The notes beneath the pieces were generated by a model. The model made no database searches. It had not been told where the DNA came from and saw only the letters and a list, made by a program, of their open reading frames with translations. Positions 21,494-31,188 of a stretch of 64,000 nucleotides of DNA are shown here, in pieces (the stretch's first letter is position 1; every line of letters begins with the position of its first letter). The position numbers were made by a program, and so were the translations under genes. The stretch is from the NCBI GenBank assembly GCA_963823655.1, contig CAWGMK010000005.1, positions 1 to 64,000 of the forward strand. The letters run 5' to 3'. This stretch comes from an uncultured Bacillota bacterium (GTDB taxonomy: Bacteria > Bacillota > DTU025 > MWDF01).

Positions 21494-22439
21494 ACAAGTA
21501 ATCGACGCAGCCGAGCTTCTTGACGGGAACATAAACGGACACATAGTGGCGGAAGCTCTCAGGCAGATGGGGCTTAAGGATATCGAAGTCACTACGGTAA
21601 GATCGGACAAAGGGTCCACTGACTTCATCAGGATGACTATAGCGGGTTCGCAAGGCCGCTTGAGCGGGGGCACGGTGCCTACGCTCGGCATTGTAGGCAG
21701 GTTGGGCGGCATCGGGGCAAGGCCCGAAAGGATCGGGCTGGTCTCTGACGCGGACGGTGCAATTGTTGCAGTCGCTACTGCAATGAAGATTGTGCAGATG
21801 GCGGCCAAGGGAGACAGGCTGCCCGGGGACGTCATTATAGCCACCCACATTTGCCCCGATGCGCCCACCATTCCGCATGATCCTGTGCCATTCATGGATT
21901 CTCCGGTGGATATGTACACCTTGAACCAGCATGAGGTCTCCGATGAGATGGATGCAGTGCTCTCGGTGGATACAACCAAGGGAAACCGCATATTGAACCA
22001 CAGAGGGGTGGCAATCACATCCACCGTCATGTGCGGCTACATTATGCCGGTATCGGATGTGCTTCTTGACGTATTATCCAGAGTTACCGGCATGCTGCCC
22101 GAGGTGCTGCCGATAACCACTTTCGACATAACGCCGTACGGTAATGGCCTGCCCCACATAAACAGCATAATGCAGCCTTGCGTCGCCACAGATTGTCCCG
22201 TTGTTGGAGTCGCGATCACATCCCAGACGCCGGTGGCCGGATGTGCGACCGGCGCATCGCATGAGACGGACATAGCCGAGGCAGTCAAGTTCTGCATAGA
22301 GACCGCAAAAGAGATGAAAAGGGGCCTTGGGGTATTCTTTGAAAAGGCGGCATACGACAAGGCAGTGTCCTTGTACGGGGAGATGAAAGTGCTTCAAAAC
22401 GGCATTTTGAAGCAACTTGCGGGCAAAGGAGACCAAACG
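21483..22439 (+). CDS. DUF1177-family protein (read in frame with downstream LivF in this sequence)
   Basis: GSTDFI, PTLGIVGRLGGIGARPERIGLVSDADGA, THICPDAPT.PHDPVPFM.SP, DTTKGNR, PYGN...H.NSI.QP, GCATGA; recognised from memory as DUF1177. Confidence 0.78.
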
Positions 22440-23144
22440 ATGCTTGAAGTCAGGTCTATCTATTGCTCATATGGCAACATCGAAGTCATCAAGGGAATCA
22501 GCTTCGATATCCCCAAGGGGAAGATCGTCGCCCTTATCGGCGCCAACGGGGCGGGCAAGACTACAACGCTGAGGGCCGTATCAGGGCTTATAAAGGTTAC
22601 TAAGGGCTCTATCAAATACAAGGGCCAGGAGATATCGAACATAGCGGCAAACAGGATAGTGTCTCTGGGCATAGCTCATGTTCCGGAGGGCCGGCAGGTA
22701 TTCCCGGAGCTGTCTGTCCATGACAACCTGCTTCTGGGCGGCTACTCGGTCAAAGATAAATCCTTGGTAAAAAGCAGGATTGAGGAGATTTATTCGCACT
22801 TCCCGCGCTTGTGCGAGAGGGCTGACCAGCTATCGGGCACTTTGAGCGGTGGGGAGCAGCAGATGATGGCAATCGGCAGGGCTCTCGTCTCGAATCCTGA
22901 GCTTCTGCTTCTGGATGAGCCTTCAATGGGGCTTTCGCCAAAGCTGGTAGGAGAGGTGTTCGATATCATAGAGGATATCAAGGACCGCGGGACGACGATA
23001 TTGCTGGTCGAACAGAACGCCCATATGGCGCTCGAGATCGCTGATTATGCGTATGTGCTGCAGACCGGAGAAATCGTGCTCTCCGGGACCGGCTCGGAGA
23101 TTGCAAAGAACGAGGAAGTCAGGAAGGCATATCTCACGGAGTAG
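22440..23144 (+). CDS. livF: ABC ATP-binding protein (LivF-like)
   Basis: GANGAGKTT, VPEGR, LSGGEQQM, DEPSMG; own AAAGGAG before ATG 22440. Confidence 0.88.
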   Translation: MLEVRSIYCSYGNIEVIKGISFDIPKGKIVALIGANGAGKTTTLRAVSGLIKVTKGSIKYKGQEISNIAANRIVSLGIAHVPEGRQVFPELSVHDNLLLGGYSVKDKSLVKSRIEEIYSHFPRLCERADQLSGTLSGGEQQMMAIGRALVSNPELLLLDEPSMGLSPKLVGEVFDIIEDIKDRGTTILLVEQNAHMALEIADYAYVLQTGEIVLSGTGSEIAKNEEVRKAYLTE

Positions 23145-23163
23145 CCAGTAAGTTCATATAGTA

Positions 23164-23198
23164 AAGAGGCTGCACTCATATTGAGCGCAGCCCTTTTT
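23164..23198. terminator. Intrinsic terminator between convergent genes
   Basis: GGCTGCACTCA-tat-TGAGCGCAGCC followed by CTTTTT. Confidence 0.7.
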
Positions 23199-23263
23199 GA
23201 TGATTAAGAAGGTATTTTGCTCAAGTCTGTTTAACGACTCCGGGTTTTAGGACCTGTATGGGC

Positions 23264-23911
23264 CTATTTGCCCTGCCCGTATGTGCTTCCCAATTTGTCC
23301 TTGAGGGCCTGTACGGTCTCCTCGGGAATGATATGGGCTCCGCCCAGGATTGTGGCGTTGATGTAGCAGGCACATAACTTCTCAAGCAGCTCGCAACGGT
23401 CTATCGCGATGGAGGGGCTTCCGGCTACGCACAGGGAGCCATGGTTTGCCATCAGCACAGCATTCCTTTTTCCCAGCGCCCTGACAGCATTTACAGCAAG
23501 CTCGGCCGAGCCGGACATGGCGTAATCTGCAACCTCGACCTGCCCGCCCAGGCTGAATGCGCAAAGATCGGTTATTGCCGGAAGCGGCTTTCTCGCCACG
23601 GCAAGGGATATCGCCATGAAGGAATGAACGTGTACTACCGCATTAACATCGGGCCTGGCCTTGTAGATCTCGCCGTGTATCCTATACTCGACCGAAGGCT
23701 TCAATCTACCTTTGAACGACCAGCCATCGAGTTCGACTTCGACAATATCCTCAGGTTTCAGATCGCAGTACGGGATGCCGCTTGGCGTAATCAGCATCGC
23801 GTTCGTTCCTGGCAGCCTTACGCTTACATTGCCCCCCGTGCCTATGGACAATCCCTTTTCCATCATTGCTAGCCCTGCGCCTATCACGCTTTCGCGCAAA
23901 TCCTTCATCAT
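23264..23911 (-). CDS. Class II aldolase/adducin-family protein (FucA-like)
   Basis: GGNVSVR, ITPSG, PSVE, VHVHS, NHG. Confidence 0.88.
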   Translation of the reverse strand: MMKDLRESVIGAGLAMMEKGLSIGTGGNVSVRLPGTNAMLITPSGIPYCDLKPEDIVEVELDGWSFKGRLKPSVEYRIHGEIYKARPDVNAVVHVHSFMAISLAVARKPLPAITDLCAFSLGGQVEVADYAMSGSAELAVNAVRALGKRNAVLMANHGSLCVAGSPSIAIDRCELLEKLCACYINATILGGAHIIPEETVQALKDKLGSTYGQGK

Positions 23912-24402
23912 TCCCAGACCCTCCAGTTTCGTGCATTGATAGCGCCGGCGATTTCGTATGGAATCCGCCGTATGGCAGTTGTTTATACAATCCGTATGTA
24001 TATGAATATATCATAGACGACCGATAGGAGGCCTATTGAAAGAAACGGCCTCGACTTGTGATTCTTGCAGCACAGATTGCGTTTGGAATTTGGATTGTAT
24101 TCCCATGTTTTTTGTGTGCTGTATTCTTTCATGGTGCGTGCTAGAAGCCAAGTTGACTGTATATTTTGGTCGCCCAAAATGATATCCTTAAATAAGCAAA
24201 ATAAAAACAGTATAGCGTATTTATTTGGCAAATTATCAAATTTTATACATTTGAGGAGGTGTTAGCCGCAGCTGAAAGCAATAAAGATTAAATTCACAAC
24301 TGCATTTTTGGGAAACATAAAGTACTAGATATCGATCGCAAGTCTGGCAAGAATCATTTCTCCGGCGTAAGCGCATACAATGCTAGTATAGGAGGGAATC
24401 TT

Positions 24403-25410
24403 GTGAAAAGAACTTTGCTAATCATGGTCGTTCTAGTCATGGCAATAGCGCTCGTAAGTGGCGTGATGGCCGCAACACCGCTGCTAGTTTCCGGCGGAGG
24501 CCTCAAGACAACGTCATCGGTCAAAGCAAACTCCAAGTATCTTCTCGCCTGCGTAGTCAAGAATTCCACCAACCCCTATATGATCAAGCAGCTTGACGGC
24601 TTCAAGGCCGCCGGCGCCGCCATGGGCTTCGAAGCTGTCGTGCTCGCACCCGCGAAGGCCGACAACATCGAAGAGCAGGTCAAGATCGTAGAAGACCTCA
24701 TCCAGAAGGGCGTAAAGGGCATAGCGATCCATCCGTCCGACTCGAACGGCATAGTTCCCGTAGTCGAGAAGGCAATGTCGATGGGCATCCCCGTAGTCAT
24801 CATCGGCACCCCCGCCAACACTGAGAAGATCTTCATGCGCACCGGTATGGACTACACCGACTCCGGCCGCAAGATCACCGAAGCTGCCATCAAGATGATG
24901 GGCGGCAAGGGCAACGTAATAATCCTCGAGGGCCCGCCCCAGGCTATCAACGCCAAGGAGAGGCTCAACGGAATGCTCGAGACCATAGCCAAGTACCCCG
25001 GCATAAAGGTTCTCGACTCCCAGACCGCGAACTTCAACAGGCTCAACGCCCTTCAGGTCATGGAGAACCTTCTCCAGAAGCATAAGGACGTACAGGCCGT
25101 ATTCGCCGCCAACGACGAGATGGCCCTCGGCGCCATCCAGGCCCTCGAAGCTGCAGGCAGGAAGAACGTCCTGGTCTCCGGCGTCGATGGAAGCAAGGAC
25201 GCCTCCACCGCGGTCCTCGAAGGCAGGCTTAATGTAACCTCCAACGCCGACCCGTACTCCAGCGCATGGTGCGCGGCTGCCTACATGGTAAAGTACCTCA
25301 ACGACGGCACGCTGCCCCCATCGAAGTTCATCCCTTATCCCGCTGACGTAGCCATCATCACCAAGGACAACGTCAAGAACTACATCGACAACGACGCTTG
25401 GTGGAAGTAG
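24403..25410 (+). CDS. Sugar ABC substrate-binding protein (RbsB-like)
   Basis: Signal peptide; NPY, ERLNG, ANF, ANDEMALGA, GVDG. Confidence 0.9.
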   Translation: MKRTLLIMVVLVMAIALVSGVMAATPLLVSGGGLKTTSSVKANSKYLLACVVKNSTNPYMIKQLDGFKAAGAAMGFEAVVLAPAKADNIEEQVKIVEDLIQKGVKGIAIHPSDSNGIVPVVEKAMSMGIPVVIIGTPANTEKIFMRTGMDYTDSGRKITEAAIKMMGGKGNVIILEGPPQAINAKERLNGMLETIAKYPGIKVLDSQTANFNRLNALQVMENLLQKHKDVQAVFAANDEMALGAIQALEAAGRKNVLVSGVDGSKDASTAVLEGRLNVTSNADPYSSAWCAAAYMVKYLNDGTLPPSKFIPYPADVAIITKDNVKNYIDNDAWWK

Positions 25411-25476
25411 ACCATAATCGGCTAGCTATGGAGCCCTGTCAAGTACAGGGCTCCATATTTCCAAGGGGGCATTAAA

Positions 25477-26997
25477 GTGGATACAGCACCGATCCTTGAG
25501 GCCAGAAACATAAGCAAGGAATTTCCCGGCGTAAAGGCGCTGGACAATGTATCGATTCAGATAAGGCGCGGCGAGGTGCACGTGCTCATCGGCGAGAACG
25601 GCGCGGGCAAGAGCACCCTATCCAAGATACTTATGGGAGTCTATACGGCGGACCAGGGCGAGATACTGTTCGAGGGCAAGCCTATAAATGTAAGAAACCC
25701 TCATGATGCAAGATCCCACGGGATCTGTGGAGTCCATCAGGAGTTCATGCTTGTGCCCTGGATGAACGTGGCGCAGAACATTTTCATCAACCGTGAACCC
25801 AAGAAATGGCCCGGCCTTCCCTTCATAGACCACAAGAAGATGCACGAGGACAGCCGCAAGCTGCTGGCATCCTTCAACGTGGACATCAACACGAAGCAGC
25901 CGGTGAAATACCTGGATACGGCGCTGCAGCAGATGGTGGAGATAGTAAAGGCCCTTTCCACCGACCCTAAGGTGCTGATCCTGGACGAGCCGACCGCAGT
26001 GCTGACCGAAAGGGAAGTCAACAACCTCTTCTCCCACATAGAAAGCCTGAGGAGCAGAGGGGTCTCCATCATCTACATCTCCCACAGGCTGCCGGAGATA
26101 AGGCGAATTGGCGACAGGGTCACAGTCCTGAGAGACGGCAAATATGTTGCCACGGTTGATATTAAAGATACGACGGATGAGGAGCTCATCCGCATGATGG
26201 TAGGACGCGATGTGTCGCAGCTTTATCCTCGCAACAGGCAGGTGCCGGGCAAGGAAGCCCTCAGGCTCGAGAACTTCTCGGTCAAGGGGGGCCCACAGTG
26301 CGTAAACCTTGAGCTGCATTACGGTGAGATAATCGGTTTAGCAGGCCTTATCGGCTCCGGCAGGACCGAGCTTGTCAGGGGCATAATGGGAATAGACCAG
26401 AAGGAGGGCGGCAAGCTCTTCCTTGAGGGCAAAGAAGTGACCATCGGGAGCCCGGACAGAGCGATAAGCCTGGGGCTGGGGCTTCTGCCTGAAGACAGGA
26501 AGCGCTACGGCCTCGCACTGAAGACCAACATTGCTTGGAACACCGTTATGGCCAGCCTGAAGCACGAATTCCCGAAGAACATCGTCAGCGAGAAGAAGGT
26601 CAACAGCATTGCCCAGGAATATGTAAAGAAGCTCAAGATCGCAACCGACTCCGTGGGCAAGATAGTAGGCTTCTTGAGCGGCGGCAACCAGCAGAAGGTC
26701 GTCGTGGCCAAGTGGATAAACACCAAGGCCAAGATACTCATATTCGACGAGCCGACCAGAGGCATAGACGTAGGAGCAAAGGCCGAAGTGCACGCTCTTA
26801 TGGATAAGCTTGTGGCCGATGGCGCAGCGATTATCATGATATCGTCCGACCTTCCCGAGGTGCTCGGAATGAGCGACCGCGTCTATACGATATTCCAGTG
26901 CAAGTCGGTCGGGGAGTGCTGCTTTGCAGATGCGAGCCAGCAGAGGATCGGGTCCCTGATGCTCGGAGTGGGGGTGAACACCGATGCGAAACAATAA
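25477..26997 (+). CDS. Sugar ABC ATP-binding protein (RbsA-like, two ATPase domains)
   Basis: GENGAGKST, DEPT, PEDRK, LSGGNQQK, DEPTRGIDVGAK. Confidence 0.92.
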   Translation: MDTAPILEARNISKEFPGVKALDNVSIQIRRGEVHVLIGENGAGKSTLSKILMGVYTADQGEILFEGKPINVRNPHDARSHGICGVHQEFMLVPWMNVAQNIFINREPKKWPGLPFIDHKKMHEDSRKLLASFNVDINTKQPVKYLDTALQQMVEIVKALSTDPKVLILDEPTAVLTEREVNNLFSHIESLRSRGVSIIYISHRLPEIRRIGDRVTVLRDGKYVATVDIKDTTDEELIRMMVGRDVSQLYPRNRQVPGKEALRLENFSVKGGPQCVNLELHYGEIIGLAGLIGSGRTELVRGIMGIDQKEGGKLFLEGKEVTIGSPDRAISLGLGLLPEDRKRYGLALKTNIAWNTVMASLKHEFPKNIVSEKKVNSIAQEYVKKLKIATDSVGKIVGFLSGGNQQKVVVAKWINTKAKILIFDEPTRGIDVGAKAEVHALMDKLVADGAAIIMISSDLPEVLGMSDRVYTIFQCKSVGECCFADASQQRIGSLMLGVGVNTDAKQ

Positions 26998-27949
26998 GCT
27001 GGCATCGATACTCAGAAAGATACCGCCCGCGACCTACATAATACTGCTGATGATTGCCATATACGGCTTCGCAGCCCCCGGCTTCTTCACCATCGGCAAC
27101 CTGATTAACGTCGGCAACCAGGCGGCACCGCTTCTCATCGTCTCCATCGGCGTGACCATGGTTATCATGACCGAGGGAACGGACCTTTCCATAGGTTACG
27201 TGATGGGAATGGTAAGCGTCGTGGTATCGCTAATGCTAAGGGCGGGCATATGGGTGGGCTGGGCCTTCATGGCGGGCTTAGCTACAGGGACTTTGTGCGG
27301 CTTCATCAACGGCTTTGCGGTGGCGAAGCTCAAATTGCCGCCGTTCATCGCAACACTTGGAACCGGCAACGTGATCTTCGGCATAGGGCTCGTCCTTACC
27401 GAAGGGTACTCCATACAGGCGCTCGACCCGGCCCTGCTATTTTTAGCCAACGGTAAAGTACTGGGCTTCAGCATGCCGATACTGATGGCAATAGTGGTCT
27501 TCGCGGTCTGCTGGGTCATCTTCTATTACACGCCGTTCGGAAGGAACATCGTGTCCTTGGGCGGCAACTCCGAAGCCTTAAGAGGAGTCGGGCTAAACGT
27601 GGGCAAGGCCTCGATCTCCGTTTATATGGTCTGCGGCTTCCTTGCTGCAATCGGAGGCCTCATCATCGCATCCAGGACCGGCTCAGGCTACTCCGCAGCC
27701 GCGATGGGATGGGAGTTTGACGCCATCGGCGCTGCGATAATCGGAGGCACATCCTTCGAAGAGGGCAACGGCTCGATAGGTAGGACGGTAATCGGCGTGG
27801 CCCTTATATCCATACTTAGAAACGGCCTTAACGTCGTAGGCGTGCCCAACATGTACCAGTACGCGTTGATAGGAGCGATCGTGCTAACGGCCATCATCCT
27901 CGATGTCCGCTTCCGTCAGGCTGCCAGAGGAGGTTTGAAGAGGGCATGA
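26984..27949 (+). CDS. Sugar ABC permease (RbsC-like)
   Basis: DLSIG, LPPFIATLG, IIGGTSF..G.G. Confidence 0.9.
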   Translation: MRNNKLASILRKIPPATYIILLMIAIYGFAAPGFFTIGNLINVGNQAAPLLIVSIGVTMVIMTEGTDLSIGYVMGMVSVVVSLMLRAGIWVGWAFMAGLATGTLCGFINGFAVAKLKLPPFIATLGTGNVIFGIGLVLTEGYSIQALDPALLFLANGKVLGFSMPILMAIVVFAVCWVIFYYTPFGRNIVSLGGNSEALRGVGLNVGKASISVYMVCGFLAAIGGLIIASRTGSGYSAAAMGWEFDAIGAAIIGGTSFEEGNGSIGRTVIGVALISILRNGLNVVGVPNMYQYALIGAIVLTAIILDVRFRQAARGGLKRA

Positions 27950-28944
27950 AGGATAATGGAGTAAAGACACCCGAAGTCTCCAAGATCGGGACCGTGGTAA
28001 ATGAGAGGCTCAAGGCGAGGGATACGATAGCCCCCCTGTTCCGCCTCACATTCCTCATTGTGCTCATGATAGCGCTGTCATTTTTAAGCGAGGACTTCCT
28101 TACCTGGAGCAATATAATCAACGTGCTCAGGCAGTCCACATTCCTCATCGTAATCGGCCTGGGGCTTACTGGCGTGCTGCTTACGGGCGGAATTGACCTG
28201 TCAGTAGGCGGTGTGCTCGCATTCGTCGGCTGCGCCACCGGACAGATGATGAGATCTGGCGTGCCGCTAGTGCTTGCTGTGATCATAGGCCTTGCGCTGG
28301 GCGCCGGCGTCGGCTTCTTCAACGGGTTGCTGGTAGGCTACGTCAAGCTGCCCCCGTTCGTTGCAACATACGGCTCGAAGTGGATCGCAGAGGGAATGGC
28401 ATTGGCCCTTATGCAAGGGCAGGTCATCTACGGCTTCCCCAGAGTATACAGGTGGATTGGAATAGGCTACATCGGCCCGATACCTGTGCCGATCATCATC
28501 GCTGCCATACTGGCCGTAATAATGAACTTCCTTTATGTGAAGACGGTATTCGGACGGCAGGTATATGCCCTGGGGGCGAACAAGGAAGCTGCCTTCTACT
28601 CGGGCATTAAGGTGAAGAAGAACATCACCATAGTCTATACACTTGCAGGCCTTATGGCCGGCATAGCAGGCCTTCTCATGCTAGCGCGCCTTGACGCCGC
28701 CGAAGTCAACATGGGCGAGGCGCTGCAGCTGCAGTCGCTTGCCGCCGTAATCATCGGAGGCGCGTCGCTAAGAGGCGGCGAAGGCAGCATGTTCGGCACC
28801 ATAATCGGCGCCATAACACTGACACTGGTCGTAAACGGCCTGAACCTGCTCGGCGTTAAATCCCTGTGGCACCCGGTCGTGCTGGGCGGTGTAATACTGA
28901 TATCGGTAATCATCGACCTCAGGATGAAGAAGATGTCGCATTAG
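27946..28944 (+). CDS. Sugar ABC permease (RbsC-like)
   Basis: GGIDLSVG, LPPFVAT, IIGGASL.GG.G. Confidence 0.9.
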   Translation: MKDNGVKTPEVSKIGTVVNERLKARDTIAPLFRLTFLIVLMIALSFLSEDFLTWSNIINVLRQSTFLIVIGLGLTGVLLTGGIDLSVGGVLAFVGCATGQMMRSGVPLVLAVIIGLALGAGVGFFNGLLVGYVKLPPFVATYGSKWIAEGMALALMQGQVIYGFPRVYRWIGIGYIGPIPVPIIIAAILAVIMNFLYVKTVFGRQVYALGANKEAAFYSGIKVKKNITIVYTLAGLMAGIAGLLMLARLDAAEVNMGEALQLQSLAAVIIGGASLRGGEGSMFGTIIGAITLTLVVNGLNLLGVKSLWHPVVLGGVILISVIIDLRMKKMSH

Positions 28945-28989
28945 CAAAGTTTAGATAGTTTTATTACCAACAAACAAGGAGGAAAACCG

Positions 28990-29799
28990 ATGGCAAATCT
29001 CACAATCAGGCCCATAAACACGGGCTACGCGGAAACTTTCAAGAAGCAGTACCAGTATCATCATTCGACCCATAAGTTCCACAAGGTGGACGACGGCACA
29101 TTGGTGCTGCCCTGCATGGCATTCCTAATCGAGGGCGGCGACAAGCTCATCCTGGTGGACACCGGAATGTCCAACACCGAAATCGCCAACAAGTACCATC
29201 ATCCGGGCTCATACCAGCCTGAGGGAATGGCAATACACGAGCAGTTCGCCAAGCTCGGCATCAAGCCCGAGGATGTGGACATCGTAATCTTCACCCATTT
29301 GCATTGGGACCACATGCACAACATGGGCAAGTTCAAGAACGCCAGATTCATAGCCCACAAGAAGGAGTGGGAGTTCTGCCAGAATCCGATCCCGCTATAT
29401 TACAAGTCCTATGAGTACCCCGTACTCGGCATCACGCCCCCTTACACCGGCCTTAAGATGGAGACGGTCGAAGGCGAGCAGGAGATAGCCCCCGGAGTGC
29501 GCGTGTTCGAGAGCCCCGGCCATTCTCCGGGCCATATGTCGGTCGAAGTCGACTGCGCGGACGGCTCATACATACTCTGCGGCGACGCAGTGTTCATTTA
29601 CGACAACCTTAAGCCCGTGCCGGATATGTTCTATGACATCACTCCTCCGGCGAGGTTCGCCAACATGATAGAGTGCTGGCACAGCATAGTCGACATGAAG
29701 AAGAGGGCCAAGGAACAGCGCTTCATCCTCCCCTCGCACGAGCCCGAAATCGAGGAGCTCGCGAAGAAATACGGGACATTCCCCATACCCAAGAAGTAG
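28990..29799 (+). CDS. Metallo-beta-lactamase-fold lactonase (AHL-lactonase family)
   Basis: VDTG, THLHWDH, PGHSPGH, CGD, SHE. Confidence 0.85.
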   Translation: MANLTIRPINTGYAETFKKQYQYHHSTHKFHKVDDGTLVLPCMAFLIEGGDKLILVDTGMSNTEIANKYHHPGSYQPEGMAIHEQFAKLGIKPEDVDIVIFTHLHWDHMHNMGKFKNARFIAHKKEWEFCQNPIPLYYKSYEYPVLGITPPYTGLKMETVEGEQEIAPGVRVFESPGHSPGHMSVEVDCADGSYILCGDAVFIYDNLKPVPDMFYDITPPARFANMIECWHSIVDMKKRAKEQRFILPSHEPEIEELAKKYGTFPIPKK

Positions 29800-29824
29800 A
29801 ACTACGCTTTTCTAGGGGGTGAGT

Positions 29825-29914
29825 GCCGGGGGTGTAGGGTCCGTAAGAGCTTGAGGCCGTTTGACCTCGCCCGGGCTAATGTTTGGGCGCTCGAAGGACA
29901 GTGCATCCTCCGGC
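29825..29914 (+). other. Structured intergenic element (nested multi-stem fold)
   Basis: Nested pairings GCCGGGGGTGTA/TGCATCCTCCGGC, GTCC/GGAC, GAGC/GCTC enclosing two hairpins. Confidence 0.55.
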
Positions 29915-29921
29915 CTTTTTC

Positions 29922-31145
29922 ATGAAGAAACCGATTGCAGTTATCGCTTCATTGGACACGAAGGGCATAGAGACCCTGTACGTAAAAGAGAAGATCGAGC
30001 GCCTTGGGCAAAGGGCGCTTGTCATAGATGTGGGAGTCAAGGAACCTGCCTTCTTCACGCCGGACATACGCAGAGATGAGGTGGCAAGCGCTGCGGGCAT
30101 CATCTGGGACGATGTGAAGGGCAAGGAGAAGAAGGACAGGATAAACGCCATGATAGCGGGCCTTGAGAGGCTCATCCCGTCCCTATATGCAAAGGGCCTG
30201 ATCTCGGGCGTCTTCTCCATGGGAGGGTTGCAGAACACAACCATGGGGACTTCAGCAATGAAGACGCTGCCAATTGGCGTACCCAAGCTGATGCTTTCCA
30301 CCATGGCGTCCAGTACCAGGCCCTTCGGCCCGTTCGTAGGGTCAAAGGATGTTACCATGATGCATTCGGTGGGGGACATCTTGGGCATCAACCCCGTCAC
30401 CAGGGTGGTCATAGATAACGCCATAGGGGCGATCGTCGGAATGGTCGAGCACGCCGGCGAGCAGGTCAGAAAGCCGGAAGGGCACCTGGTCGGATGCACG
30501 ATGCTCGGCGTGACCAACGACGGGGTGAGCAGGGCGGTATCCTACCTCGAGCAGAAGGGCGTAGGAGTTGTGACATTCCACGCCAACGGGGCGGGCGGCC
30601 CGGCAATGGAAGAGCTCATAGAGCAGGGCATACTGACGGCCGCGATGGACCTTACGCTTCATGAGATAGACGCCGAGTTCTACGGCGGGCATTGTTCGGG
30701 GGCTACGGGAAGGCTACTTGCCGCGGCGAAAAAGGGAGTGCCCCAGGTTGTATCATTGGGCGCCTCCGACGTTATCGATTACGAAGTCATACACCTCTCC
30801 CAGGTGAAGGATTACCCTCGCCGCAAGTTCGTCTACCAGCACCCGACCATACAGCACATCAAGCTCATTGAAGAAGAGGCCATACATGTGGGCAAGACCA
30901 TAAACGAGAGGCTCAACACCGCCACGGGCCCCGTTACTCTGATAATCCCGTGGGGAGGCTTCCATCAGAGCTCTCATAAGGCGGGACCCATATGGGATCC
31001 GGAGATAGACAAGCTCATAGTGGGCAATGTGCTCAACGGGCTCAATCCGGCGATCAAGATAGTCGAGACAGACGCGCATATAAATGACGTGAAGTTCAGC
31101 CGCCTTGCGGCGGATGAGATGCTAAAGCTCCTCGGAGTGGAATAA
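29922..31145 (+). CDS. Tm-1-like ATP-binding domain protein (UPF0261)
   Basis: LDTKGIE, LPIGVPKLMLSTMAS, TMLGVT, FHANG.GG.AME, DLT..E, HIND..F. Confidence 0.85.
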   Translation: MKKPIAVIASLDTKGIETLYVKEKIERLGQRALVIDVGVKEPAFFTPDIRRDEVASAAGIIWDDVKGKEKKDRINAMIAGLERLIPSLYAKGLISGVFSMGGLQNTTMGTSAMKTLPIGVPKLMLSTMASSTRPFGPFVGSKDVTMMHSVGDILGINPVTRVVIDNAIGAIVGMVEHAGEQVRKPEGHLVGCTMLGVTNDGVSRAVSYLEQKGVGVVTFHANGAGGPAMEELIEQGILTAAMDLTLHEIDAEFYGGHCSGATGRLLAAAKKGVPQVVSLGASDVIDYEVIHLSQVKDYPRRKFVYQHPTIQHIKLIEEEAIHVGKTINERLNTATGPVTLIIPWGGFHQSSHKAGPIWDPEIDKLIVGNVLNGLNPAIKIVETDAHINDVKFSRLAADEMLKLLGVE

Positions 31146-31188
31146 TCGGCCTGACAGGGCTTTTAATGTCGGAAGGGGTGGGTAAATT

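Noticed and set aside
23912-24402. Small ORFs or ncRNA in the 490-bp AT-rich divergent region
   Set aside because: Looks like a promoter region; no convincing SD, fold or palindrome could be supported.
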